From positions 1 through 38,074 of the IMG/VR virus record IMGVR_UViG_3300027196_000008: a DNA stretch of 38,074 nucleotides; one strand, given 5' to 3'. The DNA is from a virus. Lineage: Duplodnaviria; Caudoviricetes. The notes below the pieces were generated by a model that saw only the letters and a program-made list of their open reading frames with translations, made no database searches and was not told the DNA's origin. Positions 15,801 to 24,936 of the stretch are shown here, in pieces. How positions within the stretch are numbered: position 1 is the first letter of the stretch; every line of letters begins with the position of its first letter. The position numbers were made by a program, and so were the translations under genes.

Positions 15801-18554
15801 GTATATCTTACCATCTATTTTTACAATATTGCGCGGAGCAGTATTTGACCAAGGAGTTTCGCTCAATATTGCAATAGCCTTCTGTTCTTCTTCGTTAAAC
15901 CCTGCTAGTTTTGCAGACATGTCGGCTACTTGACCAAACGCCATTGTTGTAACAGTAAATCCTGCCATTCTTTTTAATCCTCTGTCTCGTATAAGAGGAT
16001 TAGTAGATTGCATTTCTTTAGCTGATTGCCTAGCAATGTGGGCAGAGGTTCTAATTATTTCTGCTGGGAATGAGAAAAAACTACCGACAGGAAGCTGCCT
16101 TAAAGATTTTACGCCTTTAGGAACACGATCATAGTTTGGCATTGTATTACGAACAATGTTTGCAGCTTGCTCTTCTAAAACGTCTGGGGCCACATCAGGA
16201 TATGCTTTTTGAAGCAAGCTTAACTCTTGATTAAAATAATTTATTTTATAAAAATCATCTGTTGCAACATAAAGATTGTCAAAAAACTCGCGTCTATTTT
16301 TAGTTAAACCTATCTTATCTAAACTAGAACCTACTTTCTTTTGAAAGCCGTCTATATTTGTTTCATATCCAGATTCTAAAATTGCTCTAAACTCATTTAC
16401 TCTGACGTTAGTATTAATAATTCCTAGTCGTAAGTATTTTTCATACGTGTTATTAAATGATTTATCTCCACGTTTTAAAATAGAATCTAGTAAAACTTTT
16501 CTAGTTTCGTTTGCTCCTCCACCAAAAGGATTTACTCCATTAGCAAAACCAAACTGCATACCGCCTGTCAAGTTACGAATATGTGTCATGTGGCTGTAAA
16601 CAGTTTTTAATTTTTGCGCTTGTCCTTTAAAACTTAAAAACTCTTTATAATATTTTGAACCCCCGTTTGTAAAAAAGTGAGAAGTGTTATTTTGAAGCTC
16701 GTCAAATATTTCAGGAGTTGTAAATTGACCATCTAGTTTAGAGTTAGTCCCTGCTATTTTTGTGTCGTACCCTTCTGGACGAGGCTCACCTTTTCTAAAT
16801 ATATATCCACCAGAATGACCTAGCTGCTCTAAGTTGTTGTAAAACTTTGTACTGTTTACAAGGTTTGTCATTTTTGAAACAGTTAAGATAATATTTTCAG
16901 AAGGTTGTTCAACTTCGCCCATCAACCTTCTAATTTCTAAAGGTATAGTTTCTTGTTTCTTTAGTATATCTTTATTTATCTTTTTAAGATTACTAAAATA
17001 ATCAGAAAATTCTGCTTGGTCGCCCTGCTTTAAAATTTCTTTTACAGTATCAACAGCTTCTTGATAAGCAAAAGCTTCAGAAATATCTGGCTTGTTGTCT
17101 AAAATATTTCTATAAATATAATCTGTTGCATCTTTTTGAACTTCAGGAGTTGGAACATATCCCGAATCTTCAAAAAGACGGTAAGATCTTCGGATATATT
17201 CTCCTACGTTTTCTTGAATTGTTTCTTTTAAAGAATCACTAACAGAAGTAGAACCTATAAGTTCATTAGACATATCATCAATTAATTCTCTAGCATTCAA
17301 AAACTCTTCTGCTTGAACATCAGTTAAATTATATTTGTCTGCAAGATCAATAATCTTATCTTCTTTAGTGCCTTTTAACCATTTTAAATCTTGAGTAAAA
17401 AGTTTATTTATAGTTTCAATTACTTCTTCTTGATCAGTAGACTCAGCCATTTCATCTATAGATTGTTGAAGTCTTAACGCAATGTTCTCTGCTTTAGCAA
17501 TAGTTTGTCTTTTAGCATATTCTGAATCTTCAAAAGCGTTATATCCTTTAGGCGTAAAATATCCTCGCGTTGTAAAAAATCTATTCACGAATCTGTGTAA
17601 CTTGCTAGAATTCTGCAATGCAACCTGTGCTGAACCTTCAGGAGTTTCAGTAAGTTGTACATCTGTTACCTGACTTTGTTGCTTAAACTGTGTATTAATT
17701 TTAGCTTCTTCTAAAACTTCTAACATTACATCAGCTTTTTCTTCTAACTCTAATTGTTCTACAGGCTTACCATATAGCTGCTTACTTTTCCTACTTAAAT
17801 ATTTAACACTTTCAATAGCTCCAATACCAAAATATTTTAATATTTTAGGAGTTGTTAGTACAATATCAATAGCACCGCCAATGACTGCACCTTCCAGCAC
17901 CACTTTACTTTTTGCTTTTAACTTAGAATCATTTTCATTTGAAGACATATACTCTATAATAACATTAGATTGAGTCTCTGGAAAATATTCACCAACTACA
18001 TCAGCAAGTGTTCCGTCTTCAACATCACTTAAAACAGCATCAGTAACTGCACCTGCTGCTAGGCCCCTTATATACTTTGATCCGCGTTCACCTAATTCTT
18101 TATATACTTTTGTGCCTCCAATTACATAAGGAACAAACTCTGCAACAGCCCCTGCTGTAGTTTCAGTAGGTTTAACATCTCCTTCAGGCGTATATATATC
18201 ATCAGTTTTATTAAATGCGTTTAAAAGCTGATCAAAACCACTTATAGGATTATCACGAAAGAATTTTTTAAATGCTTGCTGTTGTGCTTCTAACTCTGAT
18301 GATTTACTGTCCAAACCTAAAAGTTGTTTTACATCTTCTGTTAAAATTCTTGCACCGTACAAAACATTTAAAGGCTCTAAATTTTCTCTTGTGTCTGCAA
18401 GCACTCTTAAAATATCTGTTCCGACTCCTGTTGATTTTGCATCTTCTTCAGGTTCGGGTACAGCAATAGGATCTGCTAAAGTTTCAGATTCTTTAGCAGC
18501 TTCTATTGCTTTAGCGGCTGCTTCTTCGGCTGTGTTTTTTACATCAACATCCAT
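12846..18554 (-). CDS. large internal virion/DNA-ejection protein with appended C-terminal domains (1902 aa)
   Basis: Size and position as the last internal-protein gene. Helical body. C-terminal modules DAARH...MDQHNNNLG and AHVR.SD...LVDEIQSD.HQ. Confidence 0.75.
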   Translation of the reverse strand: MDVDVKNTAEEAAAKAIEAAKESETLADPIAVPEPEEDAKSTGVGTDILRVLADTRENLEPLNVLYGARILTEDVKQLLGLDSKSSELEAQQQAFKKFFRDNPISGFDQLLNAFNKTDDIYTPEGDVKPTETTAGAVAEFVPYVIGGTKVYKELGERGSKYIRGLAAGAVTDAVLSDVEDGTLADVVGEYFPETQSNVIIEYMSSNENDSKLKAKSKVVLEGAVIGGAIDIVLTTPKILKYFGIGAIESVKYLSRKSKQLYGKPVEQLELEEKADVMLEVLEEAKINTQFKQQSQVTDVQLTETPEGSAQVALQNSSKLHRFVNRFFTTRGYFTPKGYNAFEDSEYAKRQTIAKAENIALRLQQSIDEMAESTDQEEVIETINKLFTQDLKWLKGTKEDKIIDLADKYNLTDVQAEEFLNARELIDDMSNELIGSTSVSDSLKETIQENVGEYIRRSYRLFEDSGYVPTPEVQKDATDYIYRNILDNKPDISEAFAYQEAVDTVKEILKQGDQAEFSDYFSNLKKINKDILKKQETIPLEIRRLMGEVEQPSENIILTVSKMTNLVNSTKFYNNLEQLGHSGGYIFRKGEPRPEGYDTKIAGTNSKLDGQFTTPEIFDELQNNTSHFFTNGGSKYYKEFLSFKGQAQKLKTVYSHMTHIRNLTGGMQFGFANGVNPFGGGANETRKVLLDSILKRGDKSFNNTYEKYLRLGIINTNVRVNEFRAILESGYETNIDGFQKKVGSSLDKIGLTKNRREFFDNLYVATDDFYKINYFNQELSLLQKAYPDVAPDVLEEQAANIVRNTMPNYDRVPKGVKSLRQLPVGSFFSFPAEIIRTSAHIARQSAKEMQSTNPLIRDRGLKRMAGFTVTTMAFGQVADMSAKLAGFNEEEQKAIAILSETPWSNTAPRNIVKIDGKIYTNDTQYIDSYSALKDPLRSAAYAWSKGEINEDEFEIKVLDSTAAFAYSFFKPYIDEAILTSAITDVTLAALNEDGRTPNGKEIFTPGLTVAEKSANVLQHLGKTLVPGSALSIKSLIDTMNEKPNRTTGKTKSKPAELVANMTGVKFTEVDIESAIKFAVSDFKRDSSLSITTGINFERNSDEVIKRYKQQQKVRLKSYKELYRTLKAAEYLIDEDEMYSFALENGLSRKDLAAISMGYFKPSRPPQKSTVALEEKTPNVTSTKQAINVSEELEQVYLDLWDIRLNDPITGEKKGDQERLQKVMGGVVDKLVPNAPENPSDRINKVTGMPYNLEAGAAYLEESDPIRSLVMAAGGRVRKSSGGEMVANLVGISKEDLEWAKSQDKRYSKSEELDGKGDAARHLALGWITQRAENPDLALKAANFRENLSLRRLDKPMDQHNNNLGATIKANTFKEAEAQIDKLIADKEAMYMTPSESDRMRGYSKGSLVAKMFFAPKKSSGLYSAAEKASQKLEGSKPREGQAFLNEIKKDPDVTDEELKWTKANEKFANDKKVTKEEVQEFFKENDFDFDVAVGRSDVDRPDADFKVQPEHLNYSFEGENTQNYRELVLSIPDKYKKVDLDFEYEDHHPQAKNQFAHVRLSDIQQTDDAFNTTLLVDEIQSDAHQRATGKSGKGYYTIEDEKLLKEKKKEITYTNDFIKLSNEKENLVDKLDQLDDMIDDEIITEAEYIQRRDTLQTRIGEVNKDLASADDMLAKEDEFLDLIMKLETKTPELPLKQGKQWGAAGLRQAMKVAAEEGYDQVALTTGQLQAIRNNKIGNIKEALLFKKQDIKTGEPRGWAIQGVNTDDEFNDFLVVFDTFEEAVQKLPKVLGKENAEKLLASTPDDAGEYALKQPMTMKMGGQKYIDFYDGTLQKIWKRDFADKYDVDIEMIKYNQGDKTVELPTLKITDKMREDILKGLKMFVSGGLVEETLHNLKGARTAND

Positions 18555-18567
18555 AACTTATCCTTTC

Positions 18568-19824
18568 TTAGTTAGAGTATTGTTCTTTTAAAAGAGTTCC
18601 AAGTTCTATAATCTTTGTTACAGCGTCTTCAACTTCATCATCAGTGCCTTTAGCTAAAATTCCTTGAGTAGAAATACTGTTTGATACAAAGGAACTTAAT
18701 ATTGCTTTAATTGCATCGTTTCTTTCTGTATCTTTTAAGTTTTGGTTGTCTACTGTAAATGTCTGTAAAATTTCTGCTACTGTATTGTACTGTTCAATAG
18801 TTTTTATATTGCCTAGTACAATATTTTTATCTCCTACAGCTTTAACAAATTCAGCATATGCAGGGCTAGTTAAAAGCTGTGCAGGTTCTTTAGATAAATT
18901 AAAAGCTGTGTTTGCTGTTTTTAAAACATTTGCTTTTGTTTCCTCAGTATTTGTTCCAAAGAACTTTGTAGCTTTAGGTTTAGAAACTATATCAGGAAGT
19001 TGTTTGTACCTGTCTTTTTTTGTTGTAGTTTCTATAAGATATGCAACATCATTTAATACTTGTATTTCATGCGTTGTTGTGTCTTGAAATCGTTCTTCTT
19101 CAGGCGTTTTTACAACAGTCATATCTGCAAAGTTTTTAGCAAGAATTGCATTGCCAGTTCTTTCAAACTCTTTTGCAAGCGCAATAGTTCTTTCTCTATT
19201 AGGATCATTTTTTATAATAGATTGTATAGCTGCTTGTTCTCTTTCTTGCTTAGAAGTCCCAGTAAATAGATTTGCAATTCCTGAAGTTATAAGATCTCCT
19301 ACTTTTTGTGGACGCGCTGATTTTATTTCTTTTACTATAGAAGCATTTACAGTGTCAACATCTTTAATTTTTAAAGTAGATTCATAAAGGTTTTTGTGTG
19401 CGTCAGCCCTTGCTGTTGCTAACTTTGTAAGTTCGTCAAACATTTTTGCATCATACAACTTAGTTCCTATTTCATCAGGATCTTGTTGCAGTTTAAACTG
19501 TGTTTCAAATTCAGTTTTCATTTGATCTCTATAAAAGTCTACTGCTGTTCCTTTATGCTGATCAATTTTTTTTTGTTCATCGGCAGCTTGTGTCCTAGCT
19601 AAACTAGCATTTTTAAACAATACATTAGAAGCTAAAATTTGTTCATTGTTTAAAAAATCTGCTGTTCTATCAGCTAACATTTTGTTACCAACACCTACAG
19701 CTAAAGTCATACCCAAAGTTTTTAATTCATCTTTACGCTCTGCTTTTCTGGTTTGACGAGCAATTTTATCATTTCTTTGCCGTACATTAGAAAGCAACGA
19801 CTCGCCTATATTTTCAATCGCCAT
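18568..19824 (-). CDS. putative internal virion protein (418 aa)
   Basis: Long ORF within the ejection-protein cluster. Short hydrophobic segment near the N-terminus. AAGGA Shine-Dalgarno. Confidence 0.55.
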   Translation of the reverse strand: MAIENIGESLLSNVRQRNDKIARQTRKAERKDELKTLGMTLAVGVGNKMLADRTADFLNNEQILASNVLFKNASLARTQAADEQKKIDQHKGTAVDFYRDQMKTEFETQFKLQQDPDEIGTKLYDAKMFDELTKLATARADAHKNLYESTLKIKDVDTVNASIVKEIKSARPQKVGDLITSGIANLFTGTSKQEREQAAIQSIIKNDPNRERTIALAKEFERTGNAILAKNFADMTVVKTPEEERFQDTTTHEIQVLNDVAYLIETTTKKDRYKQLPDIVSKPKATKFFGTNTEETKANVLKTANTAFNLSKEPAQLLTSPAYAEFVKAVGDKNIVLGNIKTIEQYNTVAEILQTFTVDNQNLKDTERNDAIKAILSSFVSNSISTQGILAKGTDDEVEDAVTKIIELGTLLKEQYSN

Positions 19825-19836
19825 TATTATATCCTT

Positions 19837-20439
19837 TTATTGAGCAGCAGCTAACAAGCTTGCAGGTTGCTGCATTGGTTCAGGTGTTGGTTCAGGTACT
19901 GGTTCATCCTGTGTTTCTTCTAAACTATTTTCGGGTATAGCTTCAATCTTAGAAAGCACTTCATTACTAATTACACCAGCAGGAACTTTAAGAGGAGCAG
20001 AAGTTTTTGCTATTTTCTGCATTGCTAACTCTTCAAACTGAGTTCCAAAGTTTTGTTCGTCTTCTATTTCATCTTGTTCTTCGTCTTCATAAACTACAAA
20101 GTCAATGTCTAAGCGTTCTGCTAAAGCTATAATCATATATGCAACAGGCTCAATTAACATTATTAACAAGTCAGGATTCCACTTGCCTTCTGTAAAACCT
20201 TTAAACAAGATTACCTGAACAATTTCCATAACAGGTGTTCCACTTTCAACCGCTTGCATCAGCGGGATGTATACTTCTTTTTGTAGCATTTTTTCAAACA
20301 ATACTTCAGAAGCTTGGTGAACACTTGTATATTCTGGTTGCTTTTCAAACGGAGCAGGGTTTTCGGGATCGTTTGTTAAAGACTGACCCGCAATAGGTCG
20401 GCCTCCTTTTTGTTGTAGTTTAAGATATGCTTCTTCCAT
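19837..20439 (-). CDS. putative virion-associated protein (200 aa)
   Basis: GQSLT..P...P.E..P and G.WNPDL motifs recalled from marine podophage proteins at this position. Confidence 0.55.
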   Translation of the reverse strand: MEEAYLKLQQKGGRPIAGQSLTNDPENPAPFEKQPEYTSVHQASEVLFEKMLQKEVYIPLMQAVESGTPVMEIVQVILFKGFTEGKWNPDLLIMLIEPVAYMIIALAERLDIDFVVYEDEEQDEIEDEQNFGTQFEELAMQKIAKTSAPLKVPAGVISNEVLSKIEAIPENSLEETQDEPVPEPTPEPMQQPASLLAAAQ

Positions 20440-20441
20440 TA

Positions 20442-21590
20442 TTAGCCTACTCCTCTCATACTTTGACCGTAGTTATATATAGCTGCTGTGTGTCCATAAG
20501 GAGAAGCATTCATGTAGTTAGTGTTGTCCATGTAAGCATTTAAATTAACATCTCCTGCATAATCACCTGATCCGATAGACAGTGATGTAGGCATAGAAGC
20601 AACTGAAGCTACATTTGTAGTATAATTAACATCAGGAATCCCTCCTCCTGCTTTTTGCCCTGCGGTTGTTACTGCTGTACTTACAAATTTAGAAGGTGCA
20701 TCTGTAAGAGCTTCTCCAAGTTTTACTCTAGCGTCACCCGCCTTTTCTACTACAAAGTCACTAGCTTTGCTAAGTAAACTTTTTGGTTCAGTAGCTACAT
20801 TAGTTACTCCATCAGCAACGGTTGACATTTGTGCTGTATTAGAAGCTATTGTCCCATCCAAGCCTCGAGACATGTTTTCTACACCTGTTAAGTTCGGCCC
20901 TGTTGCTAAAGCTTTAGCTTTTGCCATAGAATCTTCAAGAACTATATCGGGTGTTTCAACAAGTTTACCTGTAAATTCATTAGTGACCGAATCCATTTCG
21001 GCTGACACATTAAGATCAGGAACTAAAGCATCTCGCTTAACTTTTAATTCATCTAAGTATTTAGATACGCTTGCGTGTTTACCTGTAAGTGTGTCCATGC
21101 TAAACAGGTCTTGACCTTTTGATAAGAGATCAGTACCTGCATTAGAAACTGTGTCCATAACAGAGTTAAAGCCTTTACCTGCTACATTCCAACCATTTCC
21201 TTTATTAATACCTAAAGCACCTGTAAAGTTTTTTATAGGATTAGCTAAACCAAGTTGATTTGCGGCAGCACCAACAACTTCACCAACAACATTTGTAACG
21301 CCTTTTGTAATACTACTAAAAACATTACCTACTTTAGTACCTATATTTAGTGCGGCATTAATAAAGTTTCCTGCCGCAGTAGCTACTGTGCCGCCAGTGC
21401 CTATTAAAGCACCAGCAAACTTTCCGAACATTGAGCCTATTCCCGGCATTAAAAGCCCTAAACCAATTTGACCAATAATGCCTAGCTTCCCCATAAATTT
21501 ACCAACAGACTTAAAAGCACTTTTAATACCTTTGCCTATTTTCTTTACTACTTTTTTAACGCCTTTAAAAAGTTTTGAAATAAGTCCCAT
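20442..21590 (-). CDS. putative ejection/DNA-transfer protein, Gly-rich (382 aa)
   Basis: Cationic amphipathic N-terminus followed by Gly/Ala-rich hydrophobic segments. GAGGA Shine-Dalgarno. Confidence 0.6.
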   Translation of the reverse strand: MGLISKLFKGVKKVVKKIGKGIKSAFKSVGKFMGKLGIIGQIGLGLLMPGIGSMFGKFAGALIGTGGTVATAAGNFINAALNIGTKVGNVFSSITKGVTNVVGEVVGAAANQLGLANPIKNFTGALGINKGNGWNVAGKGFNSVMDTVSNAGTDLLSKGQDLFSMDTLTGKHASVSKYLDELKVKRDALVPDLNVSAEMDSVTNEFTGKLVETPDIVLEDSMAKAKALATGPNLTGVENMSRGLDGTIASNTAQMSTVADGVTNVATEPKSLLSKASDFVVEKAGDARVKLGEALTDAPSKFVSTAVTTAGQKAGGGIPDVNYTTNVASVASMPTSLSIGSGDYAGDVNLNAYMDNTNYMNASPYGHTAAIYNYGQSMRGVG

Positions 21591-21603
21591 TTTGTACTAT
21601 CCT

Positions 21604-24291
21604 CTATATAATCCCATTAACCATAGAAACTAAAGAACTGCTTGATGTTCTACTGTCTTTAGTTGCTCCTGCTTCATTACCAATAGCTGTAGCATAAAGC
21701 TGTGTCTTTCTGTTTTCTTCATTTTCATATGATTGTCTAATATAAGATGCTTCATCACGATATTGCTGCCAGATTTGAGCTTGCTCTAACGCTGTTAAGT
21801 TATATGCGTTTTGAACATTCTGTTGATTAGCTGCATTAATAGCCGCAGTTTCTGCGGTGTTAGCAGATCTACGCCATGCAATATTAGATTGTTCAATTGC
21901 TTGAGCATTTTGAGCATTCCAAGTATCACGCTGTAATTCAACCTGTTCATTGTATTTAGCAACATCTACTTCTAATTGAGCAGTAATTTGTTCAGCTTGT
22001 AGTTCATTCCCTGCTTCTATAGCTGCTTGTCTATTAGTTTCAGCAGTGTTGAACTGTGCCATAGCATTAGATTGAGTTGAATTAAACTGTTCCATAGAGC
22101 TTGCTAGACTTGCCATAAACTGATTAGTTTGATTTTCAGACGTAGCATTAAACTGTAAAGAAGCATTTGCAGCAGCCGCATCAGATAACAAACGCTGTTG
22201 CTGCTGTTGCTGATCTAAAACAGTTGCTTGCTGTTCATTGTTTAAGTTAGCCATGTCCATACTTAAAAAGTTTTGAGCGTTAGTAATAGCTAGTTTAGTA
22301 GCTTGGTCGGCTGTAGCCATATCCATTGCTGCAAGAGTTGTGGCATTCTGCATCGCTGCTTGTTGTGAAGCATTGAAGTCAGCCATAGTCATAGACTGCA
22401 TAAACTTACTGTTTGCTAATTCTACTTGCTGTTCAGCATTAAACTTATTTAAATCAACATTAGCAACCATTGCTGCATTTTGTACTGCCCGTTGTTGATC
22501 TACATTTAACTGAGCAAGCCCCATTGACTCTGCAATTTTACCTTGAGTTAAATTAGTTTGCAACGTAGCATTAAGATTAGCTAACTCAGTTTGTTGTTCT
22601 GCATTTAGATTATCAGCACTTGCTTGATTAAGTGCAGAAAGATTTGCAAGTCTTGTTTGTTGATCGTTGCTTAAATTTGCTAAATCCATTTGCTGTTTAA
22701 ACGCAGCATTCTTAGCTAAAAAGTCTGCGGCAGTTTGCATTTGAACTAAGCGTGTTTGTTGTTCCGCTGACATGTTTTCAGATGCACTAGCATTTAAGTA
22801 TGAAAGATTAGCAAGTTCTATTTGCTGTTCATTACCTAAATTTTGTGAATTTGTAGCTTGTTGATTCTGAACATTTAATACAGAAGCTTGCTGACGATTT
22901 TGCAAGTTTTGCATAGCAGTTTGTTGCTGTTGCTGTGCAGTAGTCATAACAGCGTCTTGTTTAAACTGGCTTTGCAGTGTAGCCATCTGCTGTGCCATCT
23001 GTGCTGTTTGAGATGATGCTGTTTGTTCATTAGCTAAATTAGCCAGCTTTAACTGCATGTCAGCCGTAGACTGTGCTAAGTTAGCTTGTTGCTCATTACT
23101 TAAATTTTGTGCTGCTCTAGTCTGAAGAGCTTGAGCATTGCTTTGAGCAATAGGCATAGCAGTTTGAATAATAGCATTAAATAACGAATCCCTTCCTACT
23201 GTTGATGAAGAAAGACCTCGTTTAGCAAGCATTGAGTTTACTTGTTGTACCGCTGGCCTAGCCCAAACAGGAACTTCTCCATCATCCATAGAAGCTAAAA
23301 GACCTTCCATTTGAGAAGATACTAAAGCTTCAGTTGGTAATGCTGCAATGGCTGCTTTAACTTCAACAGGCTGTGTATCTATAGCTGCTTCTACTGAGGC
23401 AGGGTCTTCAACAATAGCTGCTGTTATTTCTTTAGGAATGTTTCCTACGGCTGCAACCATTTCTGCTGCTGCACCTTTAGCGGCTTCGCCCGTAACGGCT
23501 CTTCTAGATGCAGCTTCAAAACCAACAGACTCAACAATTTTAGATGCTTCTCCTGATGAAACAGTATTATCTGTAATAGCATCGCGTTGTTTAAATTCTG
23601 CTTCTTTTGTAGGAGCAATGTCTGTAACTTTACCTGTAACAGCATCAACATATGCACCGTCACTAATTTCATAATCTTGAGCAGATGCTAAAGAAGCTTG
23701 TTCTTGCTCTGTGTCTCGTTGAGCAGCAGTAGCTCTTTCAGTTAATGTAGGCCCAGCAGCTTCAGCAATTGTTGATACTGTGCCTTGAGCAGCTTGAGTA
23801 GGTGCAGTAGCTTCAGCTTTTTGTGCTGTAAATGTAGAAGCTTCAACAGGTTGTACAGCTTCACCTAAAGTAACATCTCCTTGAGCAGCAGGAGCCATTG
23901 TAGGGGCTTGAACACCATCAGTAGTTACAGGTGTTCCTGCATCTAGTTGTTGAATTTCAGAACCTGTTGTAAAGCCTTGTTCAGCCGCAGATGCGCTAGG
24001 ATCTATAGCTGATTCAACACCTTTTTTTGCATCAAACGTTCTTACAAAACTATAGGGGCTACCACTAGGTCTTTTTAACTTTGGTGTAGGTGGCTTGCCT
24101 GTTGCAGTTTTTGCAGTTGTTGAAGTACTTCCACCACCTGTAGGCTGATTATGCGATCCAAGTTTTGGATTGTGTGGTTGCCAGCCCATACGCCCTGCAT
24201 AGTTATGTCCCCCACTATGATAAGCTGCTCTTTTAGCTTGAAGAGATTTTAATACTTTTTTAGTATTTCTTTTATTTCTTTTTTTGCTCAT
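21604..24291 (-). CDS. putative ejection/pilot protein with long Q/A/N-rich coiled coil (895 aa)
   Basis: Repeating [LF]-x-x-[ED]-Q-Q...L-A-N units over the C-terminal half. R-G-L-S-S-S segment typical of ejection proteins. Confidence 0.65.
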   Translation of the reverse strand: MSKKRNKRNTKKVLKSLQAKRAAYHSGGHNYAGRMGWQPHNPKLGSHNQPTGGGSTSTTAKTATGKPPTPKLKRPSGSPYSFVRTFDAKKGVESAIDPSASAAEQGFTTGSEIQQLDAGTPVTTDGVQAPTMAPAAQGDVTLGEAVQPVEASTFTAQKAEATAPTQAAQGTVSTIAEAAGPTLTERATAAQRDTEQEQASLASAQDYEISDGAYVDAVTGKVTDIAPTKEAEFKQRDAITDNTVSSGEASKIVESVGFEAASRRAVTGEAAKGAAAEMVAAVGNIPKEITAAIVEDPASVEAAIDTQPVEVKAAIAALPTEALVSSQMEGLLASMDDGEVPVWARPAVQQVNSMLAKRGLSSSTVGRDSLFNAIIQTAMPIAQSNAQALQTRAAQNLSNEQQANLAQSTADMQLKLANLANEQTASSQTAQMAQQMATLQSQFKQDAVMTTAQQQQQTAMQNLQNRQQASVLNVQNQQATNSQNLGNEQQIELANLSYLNASASENMSAEQQTRLVQMQTAADFLAKNAAFKQQMDLANLSNDQQTRLANLSALNQASADNLNAEQQTELANLNATLQTNLTQGKIAESMGLAQLNVDQQRAVQNAAMVANVDLNKFNAEQQVELANSKFMQSMTMADFNASQQAAMQNATTLAAMDMATADQATKLAITNAQNFLSMDMANLNNEQQATVLDQQQQQQRLLSDAAAANASLQFNATSENQTNQFMASLASSMEQFNSTQSNAMAQFNTAETNRQAAIEAGNELQAEQITAQLEVDVAKYNEQVELQRDTWNAQNAQAIEQSNIAWRRSANTAETAAINAANQQNVQNAYNLTALEQAQIWQQYRDEASYIRQSYENEENRKTQLYATAIGNEAGATKDSRTSSSSLVSMVNGII

Positions 24292-24293
24292 TA

Positions 24294-24473
24294 TTAATCA
24301 TCCTGCTTGGGGTTTTGTTTAAACTCTTGAATCTGCACATAAATTCTAAGACTTAACCAGACAATTGTCAAGAGAGAAGCTGTAGGTGGTAGCCACGCAG
24401 CTAAAGAAGCTAAAGCCGTAGAAGCTGCTGCAACATCTAACATATCTTTTGTTGGTTCACTAAGCTCATTCAT
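24294..24473 (-). CDS. small holin-like membrane protein, 59 aa (MNELSEPTKDMLDVAAAST...WLPPTASLLTIVWLSLRIY...)
   Basis: Read manually. AAGGA Shine-Dalgarno, two hydrophobic segments and a charged C-terminus. Confidence 0.65.
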   Translation of the reverse strand: MNELSEPTKDMLDVAAASTALASLAAWLPPTASLLTIVWLSLRIYVQIQEFKQNPKQDD

Positions 24474-24477
24474 GTTA

Positions 24478-24918
24478 TTATCCTTTTAAAATACTTACTA
24501 TTAAATAAACAAGTGTGCCAATAACGGGGACTGCTACAAGTGTTACACATATAACAGTAAAAATATTTAACATTAGCTCACGATTTTTAGCTGATTTATA
24601 TGACTTTTGTTTTTCAGCATCTGCTCTTTTACGTTTACAATCAGACTGAAATTGAAGCCAGTCTTGATACATGTTGGCTCTACCACCATAAATCATAATT
24701 TCTCTAAGCTCTTCTTCTTGTTGCTTTAAAGTTTCTAAAGCCATAAAAGCTTGCATGTCTGATTTATTTCCACCTTTATTAGCTTGTTTAGCTATAGAAC
24801 TTTTAGAATCAAAGTATGTGGTTGCTTGTTGTGCTACACTTGCTAGTTCTTGACCGTTAGCTATTGTACTTTTAATAACTGCAAAGGCGGCATTAGCTGC
24901 GGCTAGTTCTGCAAGCAT
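24478..24918 (-). CDS. hypothetical membrane-anchored protein (146 aa)
   Basis: Ala-rich N-terminal helix, coiled-coil middle and a C-terminal hydrophobic segment. Confidence 0.7.
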   Translation of the reverse strand: MLAELAAANAAFAVIKSTIANGQELASVAQQATTYFDSKSSIAKQANKGGNKSDMQAFMALETLKQQEEELREIMIYGGRANMYQDWLQFQSDCKRKRADAEKQKSYKSAKNRELMLNIFTVICVTLVAVPVIGTLVYLIVSILKG

Positions 24919-24936
24919 ATAGTTCCCCTTACTAAA

